A stretch of DNA of 64,000 nt from Eledone cirrhosa (Eukaryota), in assembly GCA_964016885.1 (NCBI GenBank), contig OZ024743.1:242482001-242546000 (forward strand), in the 5' to 3' direction. Below the pieces are notes generated by a model. It searched no databases. It worked only from the letters and a program-made list of their open reading frames with translations, and was not told where the DNA came from. The stretch's first letter is position 1. Each line of letters begins with the position of its first letter. This document shows, piece by piece, positions 1-17,644 of the stretch. The translations under genes were made by a program, and so were the position numbers.

Positions 1-3000
1 ATATATACTAACATATACATGATACACTCGCAACACATACACAATGATATACACTAACATATACATGATACACTCGCAACACAAACACACAATGACAAAC
101 ACTAACATATACAAGATACACTCGCAACACATACACAATGATATACACTAACATAGACATGATACACTCGCAACACATACACACAATGATATACACTAAC
201 ATATACATGATACACTCGCAACACATACACACAATGACATACACTAACATATACATGATACACTCGCAACACATAGACACAATGATATACACTAACATAT
301 ACATGATACACTCGCAACACATACACACAATGACATACACTAACATATACATGATACACTCGCAACACATGGACACAATGATATATACTAACATATACAT
401 GATACACTCACAACACATACACACAATGATATACACTAACATATACATGATACACTCGCAACACATACACACAATGACATACACTAACATATACATGATA
501 CACTCGCAACACATACACACAATGATATACACTAACATATACATGATACACTCACAACACATACACACAATGATATACACTAACATATACATGATACACT
601 CGCAACACATACACACAATGATATACACTAACATATACATGATACACTCGCAACAAATACACACAATGACATACACTAACATATACATCATACACTCGCA
701 ACACATAGACACAATGACATACACTAACATATACATGATACACTCGCAACACATACACACAATGACATACACTAATATATACAGGATACACTCGCAACAC
801 ATACACACAATGACATACACTAACATATACATGATACACTCGCAACACATAGACACAATGACATACACTAACATATACATGATACATTCGCAACACATAC
901 ACAATGACATACACTAACATATACATCATACACTCGCAACACATAGACACAATGACATACACTAACATATACATGATACACTCGCAACACATACACACAA
1001 TGACATACACTAATATATACAGGATACACTCGCAACACATACACACAATGACATACACTAACATATACATGATACACTCGCAACACATACACACAATGAT
1101 ATATACTAACATATACATGATACACTCGCAACACATACACAATGATATACACTAACATATAAATGATACACTCACAACATACACACAATGATATACACTA
1201 ACATATACATGATACACTCGCAACACATACATAATGATATACACTAACATATACATGATACACTGGCAACACATACACACAATGACATACACTAACATAT
1301 ACATGATACACTCGCAACACATACACACAATGATATACACTAACATATACATGATACGCTCGCAACACACACACAATGACAAACACTAACATATACAGGA
1401 TACACTCGCAACACATAGACAAAATGATATACACTAACATATACATGATACACTCACAACACATACACACAATGACATACACTAACATATACATGATACA
1501 TTCGCAACACATACACACAATGATATACACTAACATATACATGATACACTCGCAACACATACACACAATGATATACACTAACATATACATGATACACTCG
1601 CAACACATACACACAATGATATATACTAATATATACATGATACACTCGCAACACATACACAATGATATACACTAACATATACAAGATACACTCGCAACAT
1701 ATACACAATGATATACACTAACATATACATGATACACTCGCAACACATACACACAATGACATACACTAACATATACATGATACACTCGCAACACATACAC
1801 ACAATGATATATACTAACATATACATGATACATACGCAACACATAGACACAATGATATACACTAACATATACAAGATACACTCGCAACACATACACAATG
1901 ATATACACTAACATATACATGATACACTCACAACATACACACAATGATATACACTAACATATACATGATACACTCGCAACACATACACAATGATATACAC
2001 TAACATATACATGATACACTCACAACACATACACAAAATGATATACACTAACATATACATGATACACTCACAACACATACACACAATGACATACACTAAC
2101 ATATACATGATACACTCGCAACACATACACACAATGACATACACTAACATATACATGATACACTCGCAACACATAGACACAATGATATATACTAACATAT
2201 ACATGATACACTCACAACACATACACACAATCACATACACTAACATATACATGATACACTCGCAACACATACACACAATGATATACACTAACATATAAAA
2301 GATACACTCGCAACACATACACAATGATATACACTAACATATACATGATACACTCGCAACACATACACACAATGATATACACTAACATATACATGATACA
2401 CTCGCAACACACACACAATGACAAACACTAACATATACATGATACACTCGCAACACATAGACACAATGATATACACTAACATATACATGATACACTCACA
2501 ACACATACACCCAATGACATACACTAACATATACATGATACACTCGCAACACATACACACAATGATATACACTAACATATACATGATACACTCGCAACAC
2601 ACACCCAATGACATACACTAACATATACATGATACACTCGCAACACATACACAATGATATACACTAACATATACATGATACACTCGCAACACATACACAC
2701 AATGATATACACTAACATATACATGATACACTCGCAACACATACACACAATGATATACACTAACATATACATGATACACTCGCAACACACACACAATGAC
2801 ATACACTAACATATACATGATACACTCGCAACACATAGACACAATGATATATACTAACATATACATGATACAGTCACAACACATACACACAATGACATAC
2901 ACTAACATATACATGATACACTCGCAACACATACACACAATGACATACACTAACATATACATGATACACTCGCAACACATACACACAATGATATATACTA

Positions 3001-3639
3001 ACATATACATGATACACACGCAACACATAGACACAATGATATACACTAACATATACAAGATACACTCGCAACACATACACAATGATATACACTAACATAT
3101 ACATGATACACTCACAACATACACACAATGATATACACTAACATATACATGATACACTCGCAACACATACACAATGATATACACTAACATATACATGATA
3201 CACTCACAACACATACACAAAATGATATACACTAACATAGATACACTCACAACACATACACACAATGACATACACTAACATATACATGATACACTCGCAA
3301 CACATACACAATGATATACTCTAACATATACATGATACACTCGCAACACATACACACAATGATATACACTAACATATACATGATACACTCGCAACACACA
3401 CACAATGACAAACACTAACATATACATGATACACTCGCAACACATAGACACAATGATATACACTAACATATACATGATACAGTCACAACACATACACCCA
3501 ATGACATACACTAACATATACATGATACACTCGCAACACATACACACAATGATATACACTAACATATACATGATACACTCGCAACACACACACAATGACA
3601 TACACTAACATATACATGATACACTCGCAACACATACAC

Positions 3640-6600
3640 AATGATATACACTAACATATACATGATACACTCGCAACACATACACACAATGATATACACT
3701 AACATATACATGATACACTCGCAACACATACACACAATGACATACACTAACATATACATGATACACTCGCAACACATAGACACAATGATATATACTAACA
3801 TATACATGATACAGTCACAACACATACACACAATGACATACACTAACATATACATGATACACTCGCAACACATACACACAATGATATATACTAACATATA
3901 CATGATACACTCGCAACACATACACAATGATATACACTAACATATAAATGATACACTCACAACATACACACAATGATATACACTAACATATACATGATAC
4001 ACTCGCAACACATATACAATGATATACACTAACATATACATGATACACTCACAACACATACACACAATCACATACACTAACATATACATGATACACTCGC
4101 AACACATACACACAATGATATACACTAACATATAAAAGATACACTCGCAACACATACACACAATGACATACACTAACATATACATGATACACTCGCAACA
4201 CATACACACAATGATATATACTAACATATACATGATACACTCGCAACACATACACAATGATATACACTAACATATAAATGATACACTCACAACATACACA
4301 CAATGATATACACTAACATATACATGATACACTCGCAACACATACATAATGATATACACTAACATATACATGATACACTGGCAACACATACACACAATGA
4401 CATACACTAACATATACATGATACACTCGCAACACATACACACAATGATATACACTAACATATACATGATACGCTCGCAACACACACACAATGACAAACA
4501 CTAACATGTACATGATACACTCGCAACACATAGACACAATGATATACACTAACATATACATGATACACTCACAACACATACACAATGACATACACTAACA
4601 TATACATGATACATTCGCAACACATACACACAATGATATACACTAACATATACATGATACACTCGCAACACATACACACAATGATATACACTAACATATA
4701 CATGATACACTCGCAACACATACACACAATGATATACACTAACATATACATGATACACTCGCAACATATACACACAATGATATACACTAACATATACATG
4801 ATATACTCACAACACATACACACAATGACATACACTAACATATACATGATACACTCGCAACACATACACACAATGACATACACTAACATATACATAATAC
4901 ACTCGCAACACATACACACAATGATATATACTAATATATACATGATACACTCGCAACACATACACAATGATATACACTAACATATACATGATACACTCGC
5001 AACACACACACAATGACAAACACTAACATATACATGATACACTCGCAACACATAGACACAATGATATACACTAACATATACATGATACACTCACAACACA
5101 TACACACAATGACATACACTAACATATACATGATACACTCGCAACACATTCACACAATGATATACACTAACATATACATGATACACTCGCAACACATACA
5201 CAATGATATACACTAACATATACATGATACACTCGCAACACATACACACAATGATATACACTAACATATACATGATACACTCGCAACACATACACACAAT
5301 GACATACACTAACATATACATGATACACTCGCAACACATAGACACAATGATATATACTAACATATACATGATACACTCACAACACATACACACAATGACT
5401 TACACTAACATATACATGATACACTCGCAACACATACACACAATGATATATACTAACATATACATGATACACTCGCAACACATACACAATGATATACACT
5501 AACATATAAATGATACACTCACAACATACACACAATGATATACACTAACATATACATGATACACTCGCAACACATACACAATGATATACACTAACAAATA
5601 CATGATACTCTCGCAACACATAGACACAATGATATACACTAACATATACATGATACACTCACAACAGATACACACAATGATATACACTAACATATACATG
5701 ATACACTCGCAACACATACACAATGATATACACTAACAAATACATGATACACTCGCAACACATACACACAATGATATACACTAACATATACATGATACAC
5801 TCGCAACACATACACACAATGATATACACTAACATATACATGATACACTCGCAACACATACACATTGATATACACTAACATATACATGATACACTCACAA
5901 CATACACACAATGATATACACTAACATATACATGATACACTCGCAACACATACACAATGATATACACTAACATATACATGATACACTCACAACAGATACA
6001 CACAATGATATACACTAACATATACATGATACACTCACAACACATACACACAATGACATACACTAACATATACATGATACACTCGCAACACACACACAAT
6101 GACAAACACTAACATATACATGATACACTCGCAACACATAGACACAATGATATACACTAACATATACATGATACACTCACAACACATACACACAATGATA
6201 TACACTAACATATACATGATACACTCGCAACACACACACAATGACAAACACTAACATATACATGATACACTCGCAACGCACACACAATGACATACACTAA
6301 CATATACATGATACACTCGCAACACATACACACAATGACATACACTAACATATACATGATACACTCGCAACACATAGACACAATGATATATACTAACATA
6401 TACATGATACACTCACAACACATACACACAATCACATACACTAACTTATACATGATACACTCGCAACACATACACACAATGATATACACTAACATATAAA
6501 AGATACACTCGCAACACATACACAATGATATACTCTAACATATACATGATACACTCGCAACACATACACACAATGATATACAATAACATATACATGATAC

Positions 6601-9600
6601 ACTCGCAACACACACACAATGACAAACACTAACATATACATGATACACTCGCAACACATAGAGACAATGATATACACTAACATATACATGATACACTCAC
6701 AACACATACACACAATGACATACACTAACATATACATGATACACTCGCAACACATACACACAATGATATATACTAACATATACATGATACACTCGCAACA
6801 CATACACAATGATATACACTAACATATAAATGATACACTCACAACATACACACAATGATATACACTAACATATACATGATACACTCGCAACACATACACA
6901 ATGATATTCACTAACAAATACATGATACACTCGCAACACATAGACACAATGATATATACTAACATATACATGATACACTCGCAACACATACACACAATGA
7001 CATACACTAACATATACATGATATACTCGCAACACATACACACAATGGCATACACTAACAAATACATGATACACTCGCAACACATACACACAATGATATA
7101 CACTAACATATACATGATACACTCGCAACACATACACACAATGATATACACTAACATATACATGATACACTCGCAACACATACACACAATGACATACACT
7201 AACATATACATGATACACTCGCAACACATAGACACAATGATATATACTAACATATACATGATACAGTCACAACACATACACACAATGACATACACTAACA
7301 TATACATGATACACTCGCAACACATACACACAATGATATATACTAACATATACATGATACACTCGCAACATATACACAATGATATACACTAACATATAAA
7401 TGATACACTCACAACATACACACAATGATATACACTAACATATACATGATACACTCGCAACACATATACAATGATATACACTAACATATACATGATACAC
7501 TCACAACACATACACACAATCACATACACTAACATATACATGATACACTCGCAACACATACACACAATGATATACACTAACATATAAAAGATACACTCGC
7601 AACACATACACACAATGACATACACTAACATATACATGATACACTCGCAACACATACACACAATGATATATACTAACATATACATGATACACTCGCAACA
7701 CATACACAATGATATACACTAACATATAAATGATACACTCACAACATACACACAATGATATACACTAACATATACATGATACACTCGCAACACATACATA
7801 ATGATATACACTAACATATACATGATACACTGGCAACACATACACACAATGACATACACTAACATATACATGATACACTCGCAACACATACACACAATGA
7901 TATACACTAACATATACATGATACGCTCGCAACACACACACAATGACAAACACTAACATATACATGATACACTCGCAACACATAGACACAATGATATACA
8001 CTAACATATACATGATACACTCACAACACATACACACAATGACATACACTAACATATACATGATACATTCGCAACACATACACACAATGATATACACTAA
8101 CATATACATGATACACTCGCAACACATACACACAATGATATACACTAACATATACATGATACACTCGCAACACATACACACAATGATATACACTAACATA
8201 TACATGATACGCTCGCAACATATACACACAATGATATACACTAACATATACATGATACACTCACAACACATACACACAATGACATACACTAACATATACA
8301 TGATACACTCGCAACACATACACACAATGACATACACTAACATATACATGATACACTCGCAACACATACACACAATGATATATACTAATATATACATGAT
8401 ACACTCGCAACACATACACAATGATATACACTAACATATACATGATACACTCGCAACACACACACAATGACAAACACTAACATATACATGATACACTCGC
8501 AACACATAGACACAATGATATACACTAACATATACATGATACACTCACAACACATACACACAATGACATACACTAACATATACATGATACACTCGCAACA
8601 CATACACACAATGTTATACACTAACATATACATGATACACTCGCAACACACACACAATGACATACACTAACATATACATGATACACTCGCAACACATACA
8701 CAATGATATACACTAACATATACATGATACACTCGCAACACATACACACAATGATATACACTAACATATACATGATACACTCGCAACACATACACACAAT
8801 GACATACACTAACATATACATGATACACTCCCAACACATAGACACAATGATATATACTAACATATACATGATACACTCACAACACATACACACAATGACA
8901 TACACTAACATATACATGATACACTCGCAACACATACACAATGATATACACTAACATATAAATGATACACTCACAACATACACACAATGATATACACTAA
9001 CATATACATGATACACTCGCAACACATACACAATGATATACACTAACAAATACATGATACTCTCGCAACACATAGACACAATGATATACACTAACATATA
9101 CATGATACACTCACAACAGATACACACAATGATATACACTAACATATACATGATACACTCGCAACACATACACAATGATATACACTAACAAATACATGAT
9201 ACACTCGCAACACATACACACAATGATATACACTAACATATACATGATACACTCGCAACACATACACACAATGATATACACTAACATATACATGATACAC
9301 TCGCAACACATACACATTGATATACACTAACATATACATGATACACTCACAACATACACACAATGATATACACTAACATATACATGATACACTCGCAACA
9401 CATACACAATGATATACACTAACATATACATGATACACTCACAACAGATACACACAATGATATACACTAACATATACATGATACACTCACAACACATACA
9501 CACAATGACATACACTAACATATACATGATACACTCGCAACACACACACAATGACAAACACTAACATATACATGATACACTCGCAACACATAGACACAAT

Positions 9601-12600
9601 GATATACACTAACATATACATGATACACTCACAACACATACACACAATGATATACACTAACATATACATGATACACTCGCAACACACACACAATGACAAA
9701 CACTAACATATACATGATACACTCGCAACGCACACACAATGACATACACTAACATATACATGATACACTCGCAACACATACACACAATGACATACACTAA
9801 CATATACATGATACACTCGCAACACATAGACACAATGATATATACTAACATATACATGATACACTCACAACACATACACACAATCACATACACTAACTTA
9901 TACATGATACACTCGCAACACATACACACAATGATATACACTAACATATAAAAGATACACTCGCAACACATACACAATGATATACTCTAACATATACATG
10001 ATACACTCGCAACACATACACACAATGATATACAATAACATATACATGATACACTCGCAACACACACACAATGACAAACACTAACATATACATGATACAC
10101 TCGCAACACATAGAGACAATGATATACACTAACATATACATGATACACTCACAACACATACACACAATGACATACACTAACATATACATGATACACTCGC
10201 AACACATACACACAATGATATATACTAACATATACATGATACACTCGCAACACATACACAATGATATACACTAACATATAAATGATACACTCACAACATA
10301 CACACAATGATATACACTAACATATACATGATACACTCGCAACACATACACAATGATATACACTAACAAATACATGATACACTCGCAACACATAGACACA
10401 ATGATATATACTAACATATACATGATACACTCGCAACACATACACACAATGACATACACTAACATATACATGATATACTCGCAACACATACACACAATGG
10501 CATACACTAACAAATACATGATACACTCGCAACACATACACACAATGATATACACTAACATATACATGATACACTCGCAACACATACACACAATGATATA
10601 CACTAACATATACATGATACACTCGCAACACATACACACAATGACATACACTAACATATACATGATACACTCGCAACACATAGACACAATGATATATACT
10701 AACATATACATGATACAGTCACAACACATACACACAATGACATACACTAACATATACATGATACACTCGCAACACATACACACAATGATATATACTAACA
10801 TATACATGATACACTCGCAACATATACACAATGATATACACTAACATATAAATGATACACTCACAACATACACACAATGATATACACTAACATATACATG
10901 ATACACTCGCAACACATATACAATGATATACACTAACATATACATGATACACTCACAACACATACACACAATCACATACACTAACATATACATGATACAC
11001 TCGCAACACATACACACAATGATATACACTAACATATAAAAGATACACTCGCAACACATACACACAATGACATACACTAACATATACATGATACACTCGC
11101 AACACATACACACAATGATATATACTAACATATACATGATACACTCGCAACACATACACAATGATATACACTAACATATAAATGATACACTCACAACATA
11201 CACACAATGATATACACTAACATATACATGATACACTCGCAACACATACATAATGATATACACTAACATATACATGATACACTGGCAACACATACACACA
11301 ATGACATACACTAACATATACATGATACACTCGCAACACATACACACAATGATATACACTAACATATACATGATACGCTCGCAACACACACACAATGACA
11401 AACACTAACATATACATGATACACTCGCAACACATAGACACAATGATATACACTAACATATACATGATACACTCACAACACATACACACAATGACATACA
11501 CTAACATATACATGATACATTCGCAACACATACACACAATGATATACACTAACATATACATGATACACTCGCAACACATACACACAATGATATACACTAA
11601 CATATACATGATACACTCGCAACACATACACACAATGATATACACTAACATATACATGATACGCTCGCAACATATACACACAATGATATACACTAACATA
11701 TACATGATACACTCACAACACATACACACAATGACATACACTAACATATACATGATACACTCGCAACACATACACACAATGACATACACTAACATATACA
11801 TGATACACTCGCAACACATACACACAATGATATATACTAATATATACATGATACACTCGCAACACATACACAATGATATACACTAACATATACATGATAC
11901 ACTCGCAACACACACACAATGACAAACACTAACATATACATGATACACTCGCAACACATAGACACAATGATATACACTAACATATACATGATACACTCAC
12001 AACACATACACACAATGACATACACTAACATATACATGGTACACTCGCAACACATACACACAATGATATACACTAACATATACATGATACACTCGCAACA
12101 CACACACAATGACATACACTAACATATACATGATACACTCGCAACACATACACAATGATATACACTAACATATACATGATACACTCGCAACACATACACA
12201 CAATGATATACACTAACATATACATGATACACTCGCAACACATACACACAATGACATACACTAACATATACATGATACACTCGCAACACATAGACACAAT
12301 GATATATACTAACATATACATGATACACTCACAACACATACACACAATGACATACACTAACATATACATGATACACTCGCAACACATACACACAATGATA
12401 TATACTAACATATACATGATACACTCGCAACACATACACAATGATATACACTAACATATAAATGATACACTCACAACATACACACAATGATATACACTAA
12501 CATATACATGATACACTCGCAACACATACACAATGATATACACTAACAAATACATGATACTCTCGCAACACATAGACACAATGATATACACTAACATATA

Positions 12601-14080
12601 CATGATACACTCACAACAGATACACACAATGATATACACTAACATATACATGATACACTCGCAACACATACACAATGATATACACTAACAAATACATGAT
12701 ACACTCGCAACACATACACACAATGATATACACTAACATATACATGATACACTCGCAACACATACACACAATGATATACACTAACATATACATGATACAC
12801 TCGCAACACATACACATTGATATACACTAACATATACATGATACACTCACAACATACACACAATGATATACACTAACATATACATGATACACTCACAACA
12901 GATACACACAATGATATACACTAACATATACATGATACACTCACAACACATACACACAATGACATACACTAACATATACATGATACACTCGCAACACACA
13001 CACAATGACAAACACTAACATATACATGATACACTCGCAACACATAGACACAATGATATACACTAACATATACATGATACACTCACAACACATACACACA
13101 ATGATATACACTAACATATACATGATACACTCGCAACACATACACACAATGACAAACACTAACATATACATGATACACTCGCAACACACACACAATGACA
13201 TACACTAACATATACATGATACACTCGCAACACATACACACAATGACATACACTAACATATACATGATACACTCGCAACACATAGACACAATGATATATA
13301 CTAACATATACATGATACACTCACAACACATACACACAATCACATACACTAACTTATACATGATACACTCGCAACACATACACACAATGATATACACTAA
13401 CATATAAAAGATACACTCGCAACACATACACAATGATATACTCTAACATATACATGATACACTCGCAACACATACACACAATGATATACAATAACATATA
13501 CATGATACACTCGCAACACACACACAATGACAAACACTAACATATACATGATACACTCGCAACACATAGAGACAATGATATACACTAACATATACATGAT
13601 ACACTCACAACACATACACACAATGACATACACTAACATATACATGATACACTCGCAACACATACACACAATGATATATACTAACATATACATGATACAC
13701 TCGCAACACATACACAATGATATACACTAACATATAAATGATACACTCACAACATACACACAATGATATACACTAACATATACATGATACACTCGCAACA
13801 CATACACAATGATATACACTAACAAATACATGATACACTCGCAACACATAGACACAATGATATATACTAACATATACATGATACACTCGCAACACATACA
13901 CACAATGACATACACTAACATATACATGATATACTCGCAACACATACACACAATGGCATACACTAACAAATACATGATACACTCGCAACACATACACACA
14001 ATGATATACACTAACATATACATGATACACTCGCAACACATACACACAATGATATACACTAACATATACATGATACACTC
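3640..14080. repeat. Higher-order repeat of ~3452 bp (~73 monomers), three tandem copies
   Basis: Rare variants recur at fixed offsets: ACAGTC 3811/7263/10715; CACTGGCAAC 4376/7828/11280; CTAACTTA 6441/9893/13349; AATGGCA 7044/10496/13952 (offsets 3452, or 3456 in the last copy). ORF-track patterns repeat at 3937/7389/10841. Boundaries are approximate. Confidence 0.93.
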
Positions 14081-15211
14081 GCAACACAGACACATTGATA
14101 TACACTAACATATACATGATACACTCACAACATACACACAATGATATACACTAACATATACATGATACACTCGCAACACATACACAATGATATACACTAA
14201 CATATACATGATACACTCACAACACATACACACAATGATATACACTAACATATACATGATACACTCACAACACTTACACACAATGACATACACTAACATA
14301 TACATGATACACTCGCAACACATACACACAATGACATACACTAACATATACATGATACACTCGCAACACATACACACAATGATATACACTAACATATACA
14401 AGATACACTCGCAACACATTCACAATGATATACTCTAACATATACATGATACACTCGCAACACATACACACAATGATATACAGTAACATATACATGATAC
14501 ACTCACAACACATACACACAATGACATACACTAACATATACATGATACACTCGCAACACACACACACAATGATATACAGTAACATATACATGATACACTC
14601 ACAACACATACACACAATGACAAACACTAACATATACATGATACACTCGCAACACATAGACACAATGATATACACTAACATATACATGATACACTCACAA
14701 CACATACACACAATGACATACACTAACATATACATGATACACTCGCAACACATACACACAATTATATACACTAACATATACATGATACACACGCAACACA
14801 CACACAATGACATACACTAACATATACATGATACACTCGCAACACATACACAATGATATACACTAACATATACATGATACACTCGCAACACATACACACA
14901 ATGACATACACTAACATATACATGATACACTCGCAACACATAGACACAATGATATATACTAACATATACATGATACACTCGCAACACATACACACAATGA
15001 CATACACTAACATATACATGATACACTCGCAACACACACACAATGATATACACTAACATATACATGATACACTCGCAACACATACACACAATGATATACA
15101 CTAACATATACATGATACACTCGCAACACATACACACAATGACATACACTAACATATACATGATACACTCGCAACACATACACACAATGACATACACTAA
15201 CATATACAGTG

Positions 15212-16137
15212 ATATATACTAACATATACATGATACACTCGCAACACATACACAATGATATACACTAACATATACATGATACACTCGCAACACAGACACA
15301 CAATGACAAACACTAACATATACAAGATACACTCGCAACACATACACAATGATATACACTAACATAGACATGATACACTCGCAACACATACACACAATGA
15401 TATACACTAACATATACATGATACACTCGCAACACATACACACAATGACATACACTAACATATACATGATACACTCGCAACACATAGACACAATGATATA
15501 CACTAACATATACATGATACACTCGCAACACATACACACAATGACATACACTAACATATACATGATACACTCGCAACACATGGACACAATGATATATACT
15601 AACATATACATGATACACTCACAACACATACACACAATGATATACACTAACATATACATGATACACTCGCAACACATACACACAATGACATACACTAACA
15701 TATACATGATACACTCGCAACACATACACACAATGATATACACTAACATATACATGATACACTCACAACACATACACACAATGATATACACTAACATATA
15801 CATGATACACTCGCAACACATACACACAATGATATACACTAACATATACATGATACACTCGCAACACATACACACAATGACATACACTAACATATACATC
15901 ATACACTCGCAACACATAGACACAATGACATACACTAACATATACATGATACACTCGCAACACATACACACAATGACATACACTAATATATACAGGATAC
16001 ACTCGCAACACATACACACAATGACATACACTAACATATACATGATACACTCGCAACACATAGACACAATGACATACACTAACATATACATGATACATTC
16101 GCAACACATACACAATGACATACACTAACATATACAT
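15212..16137. repeat. Near-identical copy of window positions 1-926 (offset 15,211 bp)
   Basis: Rare variants ACATAGACAT (151/15362) and CACATGGACAC (GG at 371/15582) are shared. ORFs 8..910 and 15219..16121 are nearly identical. I saw only about two mismatches. Confidence 0.9.
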
Positions 16138-16926
16138 GATACACTCACAACACATACACACAATGATATACACTAACATATACATGATACACTCGCAACA
16201 CATACACACAATGATATACACTAACATATACATGATACACTCGCAACACATACACACAATGACATACACTAACATATACATCATACACTCGCAACACATG
16301 GACACAATGACATACACTAACATATACATGATACACTCGCAACACATAGACACAATGACATACACTAACATATACATGATACACTCGCAACACATACACA
16401 CAATGACATACACTAACATATACAGGATACACTCGCAACACATACACACAATGATATACACTAACATATACATGATACACTCGCAACACATACACACAAT
16501 GACATACACTAACATATACATGATACACTCGCAATACATACACAATGACATACACTAACATATACATGATACACTCGCAACACAAACACACAATGACATA
16601 CACTAACATATACATGATACACTCGCAACACATACACACAATGACATACACTAACATATACATGATACACTCGCAACACATACACACAATGCGTACTCAG
16701 GAAACATGTACCAAATATATGAACTCACTCACATACATACTACAAACTACATATTCACACAACTATCATATACATAAGTACATACACATACATACACATA
16801 CATACACATGCATACACATACACACACATGCATACACTAGATAATCATTACACAATCTAAGAACACAAGAACAATCTAAATGCACACTCACACTTGCACA
16901 CTCACGCACACAAACACACGCAGAAC

Positions 16927-17470
16927 ACATCTACGCATGTATACGCGCACGCGCTCTCATCGAAAAATTAATACATACACACACACACACTCACACAAGC
17001 ACTCGCACACAGACACACAAGCATATGTACAACACATATACAAATGTATACGCAGACACACTCTCAGCGAAAAACATATATACATACACACGCACACACA
17101 TGCACACACGCACACTGACACACACAAACACACGCACAACTCATATACACATGCATACGGGCACGTACTCTCAGCGAAAAGTTTATACACACACACACAG
17201 ACACACATACACACACATATGTATAACACATATACACATGTATACGCGCACGCACTCTCAGCGAAAACTTTATATACATACACATACACACACATACACA
17301 GACACTCGCATAAAGACACACACAAATATATGTACAACACATATACACATGTATATGCGCACGCACTCTCAGCGAAACATTTATACACACACACGCGCGC
17401 ACAAACACAAACATATGTACAACACATATACACATGCCTACGCGGACACACTCTCAGCGAAAAAATTACA
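16927..17470. repeat. Minisatellite, 6 copies: ~50-bp conserved block ending in CTCTCAGCGAAAA, separated by variable (CA)n-like spacers
   Basis: The core starts at 16954 (CTCTCATCGAAAA), 17061, 17168, 17255, 17366 and 17451 (spacings 107, 107, 87, 111, 85). It is usually preceded by CATATGTACAACACATATACACATGTATACGCGCACGCA-like sequence. Confidence 0.85.
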
Positions 17471-17471
17471 A

Positions 17472-17557
17472 ACACACACACACACACGCGCGCGCGCGCA
17501 CGCACAGAGACTCACACACACACACAGACACACACACACACACACGCACGCACACAC

Positions 17558-17599
<42 letters not shown>

Positions 17600-17625
17600 A
17601 CACACACATGCTCACACACATATAT
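17472..17625. repeat. Compound (CA)n/(CG)6 microsatellite
   Basis: (CA)n runs with (CG)6 at 17487-17498, ending in a short (TA)n. Confidence 0.95.
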
Positions 17626-17644
17626 ATAGACAATAGAAACGGTA

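Larger units (their letters stand above)
1..16691. repeat. 48-bp (with 46-bp variants) tandem satellite array, ~350 monomers, begins before the window
   Basis: Continuous head-to-tail copies of ATGA(T/C)ATACACTAACATATACATGATACACTC(G/A)CAACACATACACACA. The 46-bp units lack one CA dinucleotide. The array ends abruptly at ...CACACAATG|CGTACTCAGG (16691). Monomer number is estimated as length/unit size. Confidence 0.98.
16692..17627. repeat. Degenerate CA/TA-rich low-complexity region
   Basis: Dominated by CACA/CATA/TATA runs. The His/Thr and Cys/Val ORFs here are translations of (CA)n. Confidence 0.9.

Noticed and set aside
8-16844. Dozens of ORFs reading MIYTNIYMIHSQHIHT (+) or CMCCECIMYMLVYIIV (-), superficially His-rich or Cys-rich/metallothionein-like
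   Set aside because: They are translations of a 48-bp (3n) monomer. Every 46-bp unit shifts the frame, they occur on both strands, and they have no unique flanking domain.
16927-17470. CRISPR-like repeat/spacer appearance
   Set aside because: The spacers are CA microsatellite of unequal length, the repeats are degenerate, and there are no cas genes or leader. The context is eukaryotic-type satellite.
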